IMG/VR virus record: IMGVR_UViG_3300043436_000184
Location: 1 to 44,889 of that record
Reading direction: 5' to 3' (one strand)
DNA: 44,889 nt
Origin: a virus
Lineage: Duplodnaviria; Caudoviricetes
A program made the position numbers and the translations under genes. Under the pieces are notes generated by a model that had not been told where the DNA came from, searched no databases, and was given only the letters and a program-made list of their open reading frames with translations. Numbering within the stretch: the first letter of the stretch is position 1; the number at the start of each line of letters is the position of its first letter. Shown in pieces: positions 27,542-36,324 of this stretch.

Positions 27542-28546
27542 TTAAGTAGTCGGGATAGTGTTCCAACCCGCCTCTTCAGAACTATCTATTTCCCGCCATA
27601 CAGCCGGTGCGGTTGAGAAACTCGAAGACGACCCTAGGTTATCAAACGATCCCGAAGCAAACGCACCTTCTGCAAAAGCCCCGCCATTACTGGAAGCAGC
27701 AGTTACTACACCCGTTGGTATTGTGCCCCATTCCGAACCCCCGTTTGCGCCTATACTTTGCCACGTTACGCCCGAATTTGCAGTTATCGCAGTCCATTCT
27801 GCATCGTCGAACGTATCAATTACTTCCCACAGGAACCGAGCAAACGCTGCGTCAGAAGCCTCTACGCTCTCCAACACTTGCGCAATAAACGAAGCTGCTG
27901 CGCTTGTCTGATCCGCCCCGCTCGCTGTTTCTTCTACCGAGCACGGATATTCCGGGGTACTGGATATAGTGTCACTACCCGCCGCGCTTTCAGAGACAGA
28001 TACACCAAACTCTTGCGCTACCGATATTGCGTCACTACCCGTTGCACTTTCAGAAACCGAAACTACAAAACTCTGCGAACTTGATACCGTATCTGCGCCA
28101 GTAGCAGTTTCATCTACAGAAGTTGCGTAAAGAATGCCGCCAACAACCGTATCTGCGCCCGTTGCAGTCTCGCTTACGCTCGAACTAAACTCAGCTTGAG
28201 CAGCAACTTGATCCGAAGCTGTACACGATTCAGATACCAAACCACTTAACTCAAATCCAGCCGCAGTTGTGTCCGCACCTGTCGCGGTCTCGCTTATGCT
28301 TACTGCAAAATCTGCACTAACTGATACTTCTTCACTGCCGGTTGCAGCTTCACTTACGCTTACCGCAAAATCCGCACTGACTGATACCGCTTCACTACCT
28401 GTTGCAGCTTCGCTTACACTTACTGGAAAATCTACATTTGCTAGTACTTGGTCAGACGCAGTAGCTGTTTCTGCTACAGAGGTAACATAAATAAATCCCG
28501 GTGCTGACGCAAACGGGACTGTTGCAAATGGCGAAGCTGCAAACAC
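27542..28546 (-). CDS. Acidic Ser/Ala/Thr-rich repeat protein, tail-associated
   Basis: About 11 degenerate 20-aa repeats (F.VSVSE.ATG.D.V). Confidence 0.7.
   Translation of the reverse strand: MFAASPFATVPFASAPGFIYVTSVAETATASDQVLANVDFPVSVSEAATGSEAVSVSADFAVSVSEAATGSEEVSVSADFAVSISETATGADTTAAGFELSGLVSESCTASDQVAAQAEFSSSVSETATGADTVVGGILYATSVDETATGADTVSSSQSFVVSVSESATGSDAISVAQEFGVSVSESAAGSDTISSTPEYPCSVEETASGADQTSAAASFIAQVLESVEASDAAFARFLWEVIDTFDDAEWTAITANSGVTWQSIGANGGSEWGTIPTGVVTAASSNGGAFAEGAFASGSFDNLGSSSSFSTAPAVWREIDSSEEAGWNTIPTT
27860..28480. repeat. Degenerate 60-bp coding tandem repeat
   Basis: Successive 60-nt blocks align, e.g. 28321-28380 with 28381-28440. Confidence 0.8.
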
Positions 28547-28550
28547 ACTA

Positions 28551-29126
28551 TTAAGTTCCTGTTAGGCTAAAGCTGTACGTCACCCTAAGAATGTCGCCGT
28601 TTACTACGGAACGGTCACCGGGTGAAGAAAACGCTTTGCCTGAAAACAAAGTGCCTGTAGTGCCACCTTTAGTGTTATCCGAAGTTAAAAATGCCCCACC
28701 AACTGTAGCAGTGCCAGTCATATCAAACTGTGCAGTGCTTGCCGTGTTATTAATCACAGACGGGTTTGCAGTAGTAGCCGTACCAAAAACACATTGAGGC
28801 CGGGTTGATTGGCTGTACGCAGTTACTTCTGTAAAACCTAAAGCCGCCATAGTGTCAGTGCCAGAAACCGTCGCGCCGGGGCCTTGAATTAAACCCAAAT
28901 ACCAAGAAGTAGTTTGTGCGCCAGCATCCAGAGAAGTGGCTACCATGTACTGCAAACCGGTGTTTACTACCAGATTGGAGCCTTTTTCTTCCCACTTCAA
29001 ATTACCGTCTCTATCAAAGCATGTAAGCGTAAATACGCCAGCAGCACCAACGCCTTCACTTGCGCTAGTTTTAGCAATAAGACCCGATGCCACGGTGTCT
29101 GTAGATTGAGTTTTTTCAATAGGCAT
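28551..29126 (-). CDS. Tail-associated structural protein
   Basis: NLVVNTG...WYLGL...GTLFS...VVNGD beta-rich protein preceded by a GAGG RBS. Confidence 0.6.
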   Translation of the reverse strand: MPIEKTQSTDTVASGLIAKTSASEGVGAAGVFTLTCFDRDGNLKWEEKGSNLVVNTGLQYMVATSLDAGAQTTSWYLGLIQGPGATVSGTDTMAALGFTEVTAYSQSTRPQCVFGTATTANPSVINNTASTAQFDMTGTATVGGAFLTSDNTKGGTTGTLFSGKAFSSPGDRSVVNGDILRVTYSFSLTGT

Positions 29127-29135
29127 AATGACCTC

Positions 29136-29570
29136 TTAAGGTAAACGAATTAGTGCCGTTGTCGCCGTGTTTGCTGGCATCGTAACGGTGTTGTTGGTGG
29201 AAGTAAAAACTTTATCGGAGCCAAAATCAATCACAGCGACAGACTTGTCATTACGAGTGGTGTTGTAGATCAACGCGCCACGCGCCGTAAAGTTAGCATT
29301 AGGCCATGACACATTGTCAAAATTCACGTACACCGTTCCCGCGTTAGGGCCAGTCGTCTGTGTACTTAATACCGCACCGGTCACTTCAACCCCGCCCGCT
29401 GTGTAGCCCGTGCCGGTTACTTCGTTATCCGTTGTGTACACCGTGGTCAACTGCCCGATGTCAGAAAACGCTGTGTACAGCGCCATGTACAGCGTATCCG
29501 TGATGATGTTCTGACCTGCTTGCAGCATGTCTTGCTTGAAGCTGTTTGTCAGTCCTTGTTGAATTGCCAT
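29136..29570 (-). CDS. Tail-associated structural protein
   Basis: LTNSFK...MALYT...GTGYTAGG...ARGALIYN...DFGSDK; position among tail genes. Confidence 0.6.
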   Translation of the reverse strand: MAIQQGLTNSFKQDMLQAGQNIITDTLYMALYTAFSDIGQLTTVYTTDNEVTGTGYTAGGVEVTGAVLSTQTTGPNAGTVYVNFDNVSWPNANFTARGALIYNTTRNDKSVAVIDFGSDKVFTSTNNTVTMPANTATTALIRLP

Positions 29571-30298
29571 TACGGATTCACCTTAATCTTAGCCTGACCA
29601 TCACGGTACGCATCACCACGCTCAAGACCTGTACCCAGACGATTCAACTGCGCAAGAGCTTCGTCATACTTACCCTTATAGGTCGCCATCATATCGGTCT
29701 CACCCTTTAAGAATATGTAGGCTTCCAACATAGTGCCGTACAGAAGTGCGGGTGAGTAGTTATCACCAAGCCACGTGCGCCCAGTAGGTGAAACAGTGAT
29801 TGGTGTTGGGTAGTAATAGTAGTGAAGCTCTACTGTATACCCACTATTTGGTGTAGGGCCAAGAAGAAACGTCAACTCGTTTGTGATAACCGGGGTTACG
29901 TCACTTGTAGTGGCTGGACCAAACAAAGCGTAATACTGCGGCAATCCCGTGCTTGAAGGGTTAGGATACGCCGCTCGGATAAAGTTCACATCTTTATTAA
30001 GTAGGTACTCATAGTTGCCGCTACCGTCAATGACCGCCATAGAAAATACTGACAAGAAGTCGTCAGGACAGGATAAATACTTATTTCCGTTGGCGGTAAG
30101 TCCTGTGACGTTTTTACGTAAAGCCGGAATCTGCACTGTGTTATAGATGCGCTCTTCAGCTTGCGTAATAAACAAATTGATCTGTTCAGTGCCGTCAGAC
30201 GTAGTTGTGCCTGTACCTGCTACGTTCGTCCACGTATTCGACGGGAAGTCGTTTTGCAGGTAGTTCTTAACAGCAATGAACAGTTCGTTGTACGTCAT
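29570..30298 (-). CDS. Head-tail adaptor/tail tubular-like protein
   Basis: MTYNEL..., FITQAEERIY, G-P-T-P...VELHYYYYP and ALLYGTM motifs; position. Confidence 0.6.
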   Translation of the reverse strand: MTYNELFIAVKNYLQNDFPSNTWTNVAGTGTTTSDGTEQINLFITQAEERIYNTVQIPALRKNVTGLTANGNKYLSCPDDFLSVFSMAVIDGSGNYEYLLNKDVNFIRAAYPNPSSTGLPQYYALFGPATTSDVTPVITNELTFLLGPTPNSGYTVELHYYYYPTPITVSPTGRTWLGDNYSPALLYGTMLEAYIFLKGETDMMATYKGKYDEALAQLNRLGTGLERGDAYRDGQAKIKVNP

Positions 30299-30301
30299 GA
30301 C

Positions 30302-30556
30302 TTAACCCATAGGACCACGGCACATAAACCCTTTAGTAGCAGCACCCGCGCCGCGCATCTTAATGCCTGAAGTTTTGGTAGGTTTAATGTTGCCTTTATT
30401 GACTGTGCCTACACCAAGATTCAGGCTATCCATCTGGCCTACACCAGAGATTTCACCTTGCGCCGATAAACGCTTGCCGTCCATTGTATGTGGCTCCGCG
30501 TACACAGCGGCTTGGCCTACTTCCTTGCCTTTAACTTTCTGAGAGAACTTAGCCAT
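30302..30556 (-). CDS. Small basic protein with RG.GAA.KG C-terminal motif
   Basis: KMRGAGAATKG; overlaps the upstream stop. Confidence 0.65.
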   Translation of the reverse strand: MAKFSQKVKGKEVGQAAVYAEPHTMDGKRLSAQGEISGVGQMDSLNLGVGTVNKGNIKPTKTSGIKMRGAGAATKGFMCRGPMG

Positions 30557-30741
30557 TATCGACCCCTTCCGCCGCTGCGCTGGTTCATAGCACGAGCCAT
30601 GTTACGACCCATTTTTTTCATGGCTTCGCCAGTCACACCGCCTTTTTTCATGCCGTGCATTTTCTTCTCATGGCCCTTGACCGCTTTTTTGGCGACCTTC
30701 TCCATGAGTGGTTTGTCTTGTTTTGCGTCTTCGTGTTTCAT
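30556..30741 (-). CDS. Small basic protein with MKKGG motif
   Basis: AGGAG RBS; Lys/Met-rich 61 aa. Confidence 0.7.
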   Translation of the reverse strand: MKHEDAKQDKPLMEKVAKKAVKGHEKKMHGMKKGGVTGEAMKKMGRNMARAMNQRSGGRGR

Positions 30742-30750
30742 GGTTTACTC

Positions 30751-31173
30751 CTAAGTAATTGTCACACTGCCCACTGCACCGAAAGAAGTTAGAGCGTTTG
30801 GCGTTAGCCCCACATCATTCCCACTTGCCCCACCTATCGGTGCCCAACCCCACTGGAACACTCGACTACCACCTTCTGGGTATCCATTTTCGTCTACAGC
30901 CGTACCCGAAGTAGCCGATGTTTGCAGCCCAGAATATCCAGACTGCCTATAGCTCACATCTGGTCTTGGCTCCCGAACTGCTTGCGGGTCATTCACTGGA
31001 TACAGCCCTAATGATAACTGCGGCTGATCGGGTTCCCAACACGTCTGGCATACTTTAATCGAAACCTGCTTGGTTTTGATTGTCAGCTTGCGTAATTCTT
31101 TCAGCTTATACCGGAATCCACAGCGGTCGCATTCCGCAATTGAGTGTTTTCCGCTTGAGTACTTACTTGGCAT
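30751..31173 (-). CDS. Zn-ribbon protein (CxxC...CxxC)
   Basis: CDRCG...VCQTCW followed by DPQAVREPRPD. Confidence 0.7.
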   Translation of the reverse strand: MPSKYSSGKHSIAECDRCGFRYKLKELRKLTIKTKQVSIKVCQTCWEPDQPQLSLGLYPVNDPQAVREPRPDVSYRQSGYSGLQTSATSGTAVDENGYPEGGSRVFQWGWAPIGGASGNDVGLTPNALTSFGAVGSVTIT

Positions 31174-31176
31174 ACA

Positions 31177-31920
31177 TCACCGATAGAACGTGGTACGCGG
31201 CACAAACCGATCCGGCGCTTTTTCCCGGTCTTCCTGCGACGCCAAATCCCATGCCTCGGTATACTCAGCCTTCAATATATTCATTCGATCCAACGACACA
31301 TCTGGCAGCTTTAAAGACAATTTTAAGGCCAGCCCAGCTATCAAAGCATTCTGGAAACGGAACGGAATCTCTTCAACGTTCACACCGGTGCCCGCATCTA
31401 CAATACGACGCAACCGCCAGTACACAAAGTAATAGTACGGACTAGCCAAAGTACCCTGATCGGGTGACGGCCACACATTAATCTGCGGATACGCAGGGGT
31501 TGCGCCCACCAAGTCCGAGGTCTGTCCTGAACGGCGGTTTACCCACACCTGAATTGGACGGCCTTGTGTCAACTTGTTTGGGATTGTGGAGTAGGTCGAG
31601 ACACTGATACGGCTGATATTGATATCGGTCTGATTGGCTACTTCCCCCGGCTGGGTACGGATAACGTGTTCAAGAAGATCTACCGTATCGTTGGGTAGAT
31701 CATAAACGTATTGTCCTTGTACTAACGGAATCTGCCCTTGCTCAATCGTCCACAGGTTAATACCACGGTTTGCCCACTCAGTAATAAGCAGGTTGAGACT
31801 ACGCCGCGCTGTACGGAAGTCATAGCCAGTACGCAACTCTTTGCCACAACGCTCAAAAGCCTCTTCGAATATCTCGTTGAGGTCTGGGTTGAACGCTGTT
31901 GTGCTTGTGGTTACGGCCAT
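31177..31920 (-). CDS. Head completion/head-tail connector-like protein
   Basis: EEAFERCG...ARRSLNLL..EWANRG, GRP, VWPSPD and PFRF motifs; position. Confidence 0.6.
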   Translation of the reverse strand: MAVTTSTTAFNPDLNEIFEEAFERCGKELRTGYDFRTARRSLNLLITEWANRGINLWTIEQGQIPLVQGQYVYDLPNDTVDLLEHVIRTQPGEVANQTDINISRISVSTYSTIPNKLTQGRPIQVWVNRRSGQTSDLVGATPAYPQINVWPSPDQGTLASPYYYFVYWRLRRIVDAGTGVNVEEIPFRFQNALIAGLALKLSLKLPDVSLDRMNILKAEYTEAWDLASQEDREKAPDRFVPRTTFYR

Positions 31921-32153
31921 TATCTAAACCCCGCTGTCTTCTTTGCGATGCCTTTAGGCTGCGCTACGAATTGCTTTCCTGCTTTCTTCCCTGCCCGCTT
32001 TGCCTTCGTCGTGGCGGCATACTCGGCTGGGCTTAGTGCCTTGATTGCCTTTTCCGGGAGGTAACGCTCCCCGGTCTTTGACGATGGCTTTCCGCTTTTG
32101 GTTCGCCATTTCTGGTCTCCCCAGTCTTTCAGCGACTTTTGCGGGGCTTTCAC
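31920..32153 (-). CDS. Small basic protein resembling the C-terminal half of DUF5872
   Basis: QKSLKDW...W.TKSG...ERYLP...GKQFV. Confidence 0.6.
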   Translation of the reverse strand: MKAPQKSLKDWGDQKWRTKSGKPSSKTGERYLPEKAIKALSPAEYAATTKAKRAGKKAGKQFVAQPKGIAKKTAGFR

Positions 32154-32530
32154 TTCATCATACCTCGCGTCTTACCACGCTGGGCTATGCCGTCAGCGCG
32201 GGATGAGGCTGACTTAACTTTGCCGCCTTTTTTGTAAGTATCCCCAGCAGGGTTTGTGTTTTCCCCCGTGTTGCGCTGGCGTTTTACACTTTTAGCGCGT
32301 TTTACATCGGCTTCAAACTCTTTGCCCGCCTCTTCTAAAGCCTCTTTATCCTGCATGATTGTGTTGTATCCAACACGCGCGCCAAGCTTACCAGCAGAAA
32401 TTACCGGAACGTCTGGTTGGCTACCCAACAACGCCGCAGCAGCAATACCACTAGGCACAGCCATAATTGGGGCCATTATCCTGCGACCTAGTTTAGAAGG
32501 CGCTTTTTTGTCGTCGTCATCTTTAGCCAC
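32150..32530 (-). CDS. Small protein with YKKGG and RADGIA.RGKTRG tail
   Basis: GTG start at 32530 behind GGAGG; C-terminal YKKGGKVKSASSRADGIAQRGKTRG. Confidence 0.7.
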   Translation of the reverse strand: MAKDDDDKKAPSKLGRRIMAPIMAVPSGIAAAALLGSQPDVPVISAGKLGARVGYNTIMQDKEALEEAGKEFEADVKRAKSVKRQRNTGENTNPAGDTYKKGGKVKSASSRADGIAQRGKTRGMMK

Positions 32531-32798
32531 GATATCCTCCACCTGCTGCTTTATATTTCTTAGCCACCAACTGCGCTTTACGGGCTGACCACTGACCTGC
32601 ACCCGTGCCATGAGTTGCTGCGGACTTTACCTGCGACACGATCTTCTTGCGAAGTTCAGGCTTAGTGTAGTTACCAGCAGCATTGACCTTCCCACCTTCT
32701 TTGTACTGCGTAAAGTCGGTGTCATCCCGACGGGCTTTCTTCTTCCCGCCGGGCATCTTGGAAGGGTTTACGGCACCCATGCCGCGTGAGGGCATCAT
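32523..32798 (-). CDS. Small basic protein resembling the N-terminal half of DUF5872, preceded by YKEGG
   Basis: YTKPELRKKI...GQWSARKAQLV..KY..AGGGY. Confidence 0.65.
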   Translation of the reverse strand: MMPSRGMGAVNPSKMPGGKKKARRDDTDFTQYKEGGKVNAAGNYTKPELRKKIVSQVKSAATHGTGAGQWSARKAQLVAKKYKAAGGGYRG

Positions 32799-33310
32799 TT
32801 TTTAACTGCCTTCTTAACCGTGCCGCCAGCTTTTTTACCCATTGCTCTACCCAGTCCAACCGGTTTACCGCTAACTTGCGATGGGGGGCGTGGCCCCATA
32901 CCACCGGGTTTAGGTATGCCACCGGGTCTAGGCATAGAACCTGTACCAATATCTCTTATAGGCATTGGTCTTGGCGCGGGACGGCCTCCACCAACCGTAG
33001 CGCCTCTAGGGCCTAAGCCGGGTGCAAAAGGGCTACCTGCCTTTGGTTTGGGGGGTCTACCATCGCCAAGGTCTCTTAGGGGTCTTGATTTGCCAGCCAT
33101 AACTCCACCAGCCAATGTTTTTGCTGGCGATTTAATGGCATTTTTAGCAAACGCGCCAGCCACACCCATTGAAGGTTTTGCCGCGCCAATACCGCCAGCC
33201 AACGCTTTTTTTACTGGTGAGTTAGAAATAGCTTTTTTGACCGCCTTAGCGCCGCCACCTAGAACACCACCCAAGAAACCACCAAAACCCATCTTCTTAG
33301 TCTTAGCCAT
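32795..33310 (-). CDS. Very basic Gly/Pro/Lys low-complexity protein
   Basis: Almost no acidic residues; MGFGG, two LAGG and KKAGGTV motifs; tightly packed with its neighbours. Confidence 0.65.
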   Translation of the reverse strand: MAKTKKMGFGGFLGGVLGGGAKAVKKAISNSPVKKALAGGIGAAKPSMGVAGAFAKNAIKSPAKTLAGGVMAGKSRPLRDLGDGRPPKPKAGSPFAPGLGPRGATVGGGRPAPRPMPIRDIGTGSMPRPGGIPKPGGMGPRPPSQVSGKPVGLGRAMGKKAGGTVKKAVKK

Positions 33311-33312
33311 GA

Positions 33313-33582
33313 TTAAGCCCTCGTAAGTCCACGTTTTGCAATACCGTCAGCGCGTTTGGATGCCGACGACCTAGATACCTGCCCACCCTTTTTGAACCCA
33401 GACGGCGCTGGCGCAGCAGGTTGCGCTGTTGCTTGGGGTTGCATATTGAATGTTTGATTCACACCACCCGCAGCTTGTGTATCCGCAGGAGCGGCACTTG
33501 GCTGTACATTTGTACCAAACGGATAGGTGGGTTGTTGGGTAGCACTAACCACCCCACCATCGTCAAAACGTTTCTTTTTCAT
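33313..33582 (-). CDS. Small protein with FDDGG/FKKGG and RADGIA tail
   Basis: FKKGGQVSRSSASKRADGIAKRGLTR. Confidence 0.7.
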   Translation of the reverse strand: MKKKRFDDGGVVSATQQPTYPFGTNVQPSAAPADTQAAGGVNQTFNMQPQATAQPAAPAPSGFKKGGQVSRSSASKRADGIAKRGLTRA

Positions 33583-33872
33583 ATCATTTTCCCACGAGTT
33601 TTACCGCGTTGGGCTATACCATCGGCACGTTTAGATGCGGAAGATACTTTTACCTTGCCGCCTTTTTTCATGCCACCAGCATACCGCGCTGTAATCTCTG
33701 CCTGACGTTCGGCGTTAGCTTGTTCAGCCGCTGCTTCTTGGCGCATTTGCTCTTCCCGCGCAATCTCTGCGGCTTTATCAGGATTAAGCATCTTGCCCAT
33801 CGCGCCTTCACCAGTAACAGCGCCGTACAGAGGGCTTACCGCCCCGAGAATATTTTCAATTAATTTAGCCAT
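33579..33872 (-). CDS. Small protein with MKKGG and RADGIA tail
   Basis: MKKGGKVKVSSASKRADGIAQRGKTRGKMI. Confidence 0.7.
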   Translation of the reverse strand: MAKLIENILGAVSPLYGAVTGEGAMGKMLNPDKAAEIAREEQMRQEAAAEQANAERQAEITARYAGGMKKGGKVKVSSASKRADGIAQRGKTRGKMI

Positions 33873-33884
33873 GACGGCCCCCTA

Positions 33885-34175
33885 TTAGCAGACTTTGCCG
33901 CCCTTTTTCATGCCCTTGTTACCGGCCATGGCGATTTGCTTGCCTTTGGTTTTGCCTTTAACAGCAACGCCATCACGGCTAGGAGCCGCAGTTTTAACAG
34001 CACCCATCTTTGACGCAGCCACACCGCCGCCTTTAGACATCTTCTTCATACCGCCTCCTGATTTAGTGAACTCTTTACCCACGGATTGTGGAACTCCTGC
34101 TGCCTTAGCAAACTTAGGGTTATGAGCCACAGCTTGCATGAATTTTTCCTGCTTTTTAGATACGGTTGGCATCAA
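33885..34175 (-). CDS. Small basic protein with MSKGG/MKKGG motifs
   Basis: SKKQEKFMQAVAHNPKFAK...RDGVAVKGKTKG...MKKGGKV. Confidence 0.7.
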   Translation of the reverse strand: MMPTVSKKQEKFMQAVAHNPKFAKAAGVPQSVGKEFTKSGGGMKKMSKGGGVAASKMGAVKTAAPSRDGVAVKGKTKGKQIAMAGNKGMKKGGKVC

Positions 34176-34414
34176 TGCACCTTACCACCAAGAAAACCAA
34201 GCACCGCGCCTACAACCCCACCAGCAAAACTGCCAATGGCAATCAGCATTTTCCAACCACCTTCAGCGGAGGCCAGCTTTTTGCTGATGTCTTCCAATGA
34301 TTTGCGAATGGCCGCAACATCTTCACGCATAGCATCCATGTCTTTTTGCAAATGTTGAATGTCATTTGCATGGGTTGCAAGTTCACGCGCTGTTTCAATT
34401 TCTGGGTTCAGCAT
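34172..34414 (-). CDS. Coiled-coil plus C-terminal TM protein (holin/XhlA-like architecture)
   Basis: Heptad repeat followed by GGWKMLIAIGSFAGGVVGAVLGFLGG. Confidence 0.6.
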   Translation of the reverse strand: MLNPEIETARELATHANDIQHLQKDMDAMREDVAAIRKSLEDISKKLASAEGGWKMLIAIGSFAGGVVGAVLGFLGGKVH

Positions 34415-34662
34415 TTCCAAGCCCTCAAACTTTTATTGATCCGGCTGTTCGGGTCGTTCGCGGTTTTCGACGAGGTGAGCTTCTTTTTCATCCCTTCCAT
34501 TCTGGAACAGAACGATTTTTTCCTTGCGCCGCCTTCCGGCTGGGGGGCTTTCAACCCCGGCTTCCCCGGATTCGCTGCGTTGTAGGAGGCTCGCCCTTTG
34601 GCGTTTAGACCACCCTTGGGATTTTTGCCCTCTTTCCTCTGCCATGCTGGTGATTTAGCCAT
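34408..34662 (-). CDS. Small basic phage protein
   Basis: AWQRKEGKNPKGGLNAKGRASYN...RKKSFCSRM...SRINKSLRAWKC. Confidence 0.7.
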   Translation of the reverse strand: MAKSPAWQRKEGKNPKGGLNAKGRASYNAANPGKPGLKAPQPEGGARKKSFCSRMEGMKKKLTSSKTANDPNSRINKSLRAWKC

Positions 34663-34673
34663 AATTAAGTATG

Positions 34674-35465
34674 TCAGGCATCGTAGCTATTAGCCACTAG
34701 TAACAAAATAAACAGCGAAGAAACAGCGTTGTTGTTAGAACTGCCAATCGCTGTCGCCTCAAGCGTAGTCTTTTCTGGAACAGCCAATGGGTATTCAAAC
34801 ACGTAGTTCGCTACACCATTGTTGATACTTGTGACTGCGGCAGTGCGACGAATGTTGTCGGTACCACGGGTTAAAAGCCGCCCCTGAACTTGATTGGAGC
34901 CACCTGCTTGACCAGAGGAGAATAGTCCCTGAGAGACATATGCGGTGTATCCAGCAGGAACCGTCCAACTGCCCGTGATCGTGGTGTTGTAGTCAAACTT
35001 GATGATGTCGTATGTGGTTGCAGGGACACCAGCAGTCACGGTACCTGTGCCGATGTAAATATCACCGGCTGCGGCATTTCCAGAACCCGCCGTTAACACA
35101 TAAGCATAATTCACGCGAAGCAACGACGTAGCCATCGTCACAGCGGTTTGACCATTCAAAACAACAGTTTCTGAAACTTCATTGTAGTTGGCGTCCAAAC
35201 CCTGCACAACAACTGAACGCGCACCGGTACCATTACTTGTATCATTTGCACTTGTGGAACTGACAGTCATCTGAAGCGCAGACGCAGGAAAAGTAATCAA
35301 GCTCGGCAAAGGCCAGACGGTAGCTTGAGCTGTGTCTACATCAGGGTTAAAGCCAAACACCGTCACATTGCGATGAAAGGCAATTTGCCCGCGCGCGACT
35401 TGCAACTCAAACGGCTCGTACAAGCCCCTCTGGGTTACGGAAGAAACTTTTCCGTAATTAGCCAT
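34674..35465 (-). CDS. Beta-rich virion structural protein
   Basis: Start MANYGK at 35465 overlaps the upstream stop; Thr/Gly/Ser-rich. Confidence 0.6.
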   Translation of the reverse strand: MANYGKVSSVTQRGLYEPFELQVARGQIAFHRNVTVFGFNPDVDTAQATVWPLPSLITFPASALQMTVSSTSANDTSNGTGARSVVVQGLDANYNEVSETVVLNGQTAVTMATSLLRVNYAYVLTAGSGNAAAGDIYIGTGTVTAGVPATTYDIIKFDYNTTITGSWTVPAGYTAYVSQGLFSSGQAGGSNQVQGRLLTRGTDNIRRTAAVTSINNGVANYVFEYPLAVPEKTTLEATAIGSSNNNAVSSLFILLLVANSYDA

Positions 35466-35742
35466 AGAACACCGTTGCCGTTGCACCAGCAGGTGTAGTC
35501 ACGTAAACGTCGGTGGTGCAAAGAATACCTTCGCCCGGAAAGAGCATATACACGCCCTCCGCCACAGCAGGTGTAGTGTAAGAAAACACCACAGAACCGC
35601 TTGTGCCGCCGTCCTTGATCGTAATTGAACCGGGGGTAGCACCATGACTAATCGCAATAGCGCGTACTCGAGTACGGTCTGCGAATGCCGTAGTGCTAGT
35701 CCCCGCAGCACATGCTGCCGATTTAACGTCTGTTTGCATCAT
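35458..35742 (-). CDS. Small virion structural protein
   Basis: AAAGGAG RBS; beta-rich 94 aa ending TVFYG. Confidence 0.6.
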   Translation of the reverse strand: MMQTDVKSAACAAGTSTTAFADRTRVRAIAISHGATPGSITIKDGGTSGSVVFSYTTPAVAEGVYMLFPGEGILCTTDVYVTTPAGATATVFYG

Positions 35743-35758
35743 GATGATGCTCCTTTAC

Positions 35759-36223
35759 TTAGACGTTCTGCTGACCAACCAGCGGATCGGTGACGAAGTA
35801 AGTGATTACGCCAGCCACAGTGCCCGAGGCCGAAGTATTGTCAGTAACAGTCACATAAGACATTTCAGTCAGCGCCGCGCCTGTCACAACCGAGCCAATT
35901 GAAGTGGTGCCGACAGCAGATACGTCCAGCGCAGAAGCGAAGAAGTTGTTGTCAGCCGTGCCAGAGGTGTAGCCGGTTGCGCCAATATCGCAAGTACCAG
36001 CACCAGCATCAGTTACCGAAATAGAAACGATAACAGCGCCAGACGGGAGAATGAGGTTTGCTGCGCCCGAAGCAGACGAGACTTTGACGTTAGTGCCAGC
36101 AGTAGCTGGGGAAGCATCAGCGATGTAGAACTGTGCAGCCATCAGGCCGGAACCACAATATGCGGTGCGAGTTTGATCGCCGCCGCCCGAACGCCAGATA
36201 CTTTGGGTAGTTGAGAGTGCCAT
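35759..36223 (-). CDS. Capsid decoration-like structural protein
   Basis: ATG at 36223 behind GAGG; LILPSGAVIVSI jelly-roll-like pattern; follows the capsid gene. Confidence 0.55.
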   Translation of the reverse strand: MALSTTQSIWRSGGGDQTRTAYCGSGLMAAQFYIADASPATAGTNVKVSSASGAANLILPSGAVIVSISVTDAGAGTCDIGATGYTSGTADNNFFASALDVSAVGTTSIGSVVTGAALTEMSYVTVTDNTSASGTVAGVITYFVTDPLVGQQNV

Positions 36224-36229
36224 ATTTTT

Positions 36230-36304
36230 CCTCATGCGGTTAGGTGCGTCGATCTGCATGAAGTCAGGCGGGGGGCCTGTTCGAACGCACCGGGTATCCC
36301 CCGG
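36230..36304 (-). ncRNA. Structured RNA downstream of the capsid gene (candidate Mu-gpT-DE-like motif)
   Basis: Stem 36281-36291/36243-36252 enclosing hairpin CAGGC-C5-GCCUG; UUCAUGC can pair with GCAUGAG overlapping the RBS. Confidence 0.6.
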
Positions 36305-36324
36305 AATTCTGTACTTTATATACT

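Noticed and set aside
27860-28480. 60-bp periodic repeats as a CRISPR array or DGR template
   Set aside because: The repeats are in-frame and degenerate at the codon level, with no unique spacers. No reverse transcriptase is present in the window.
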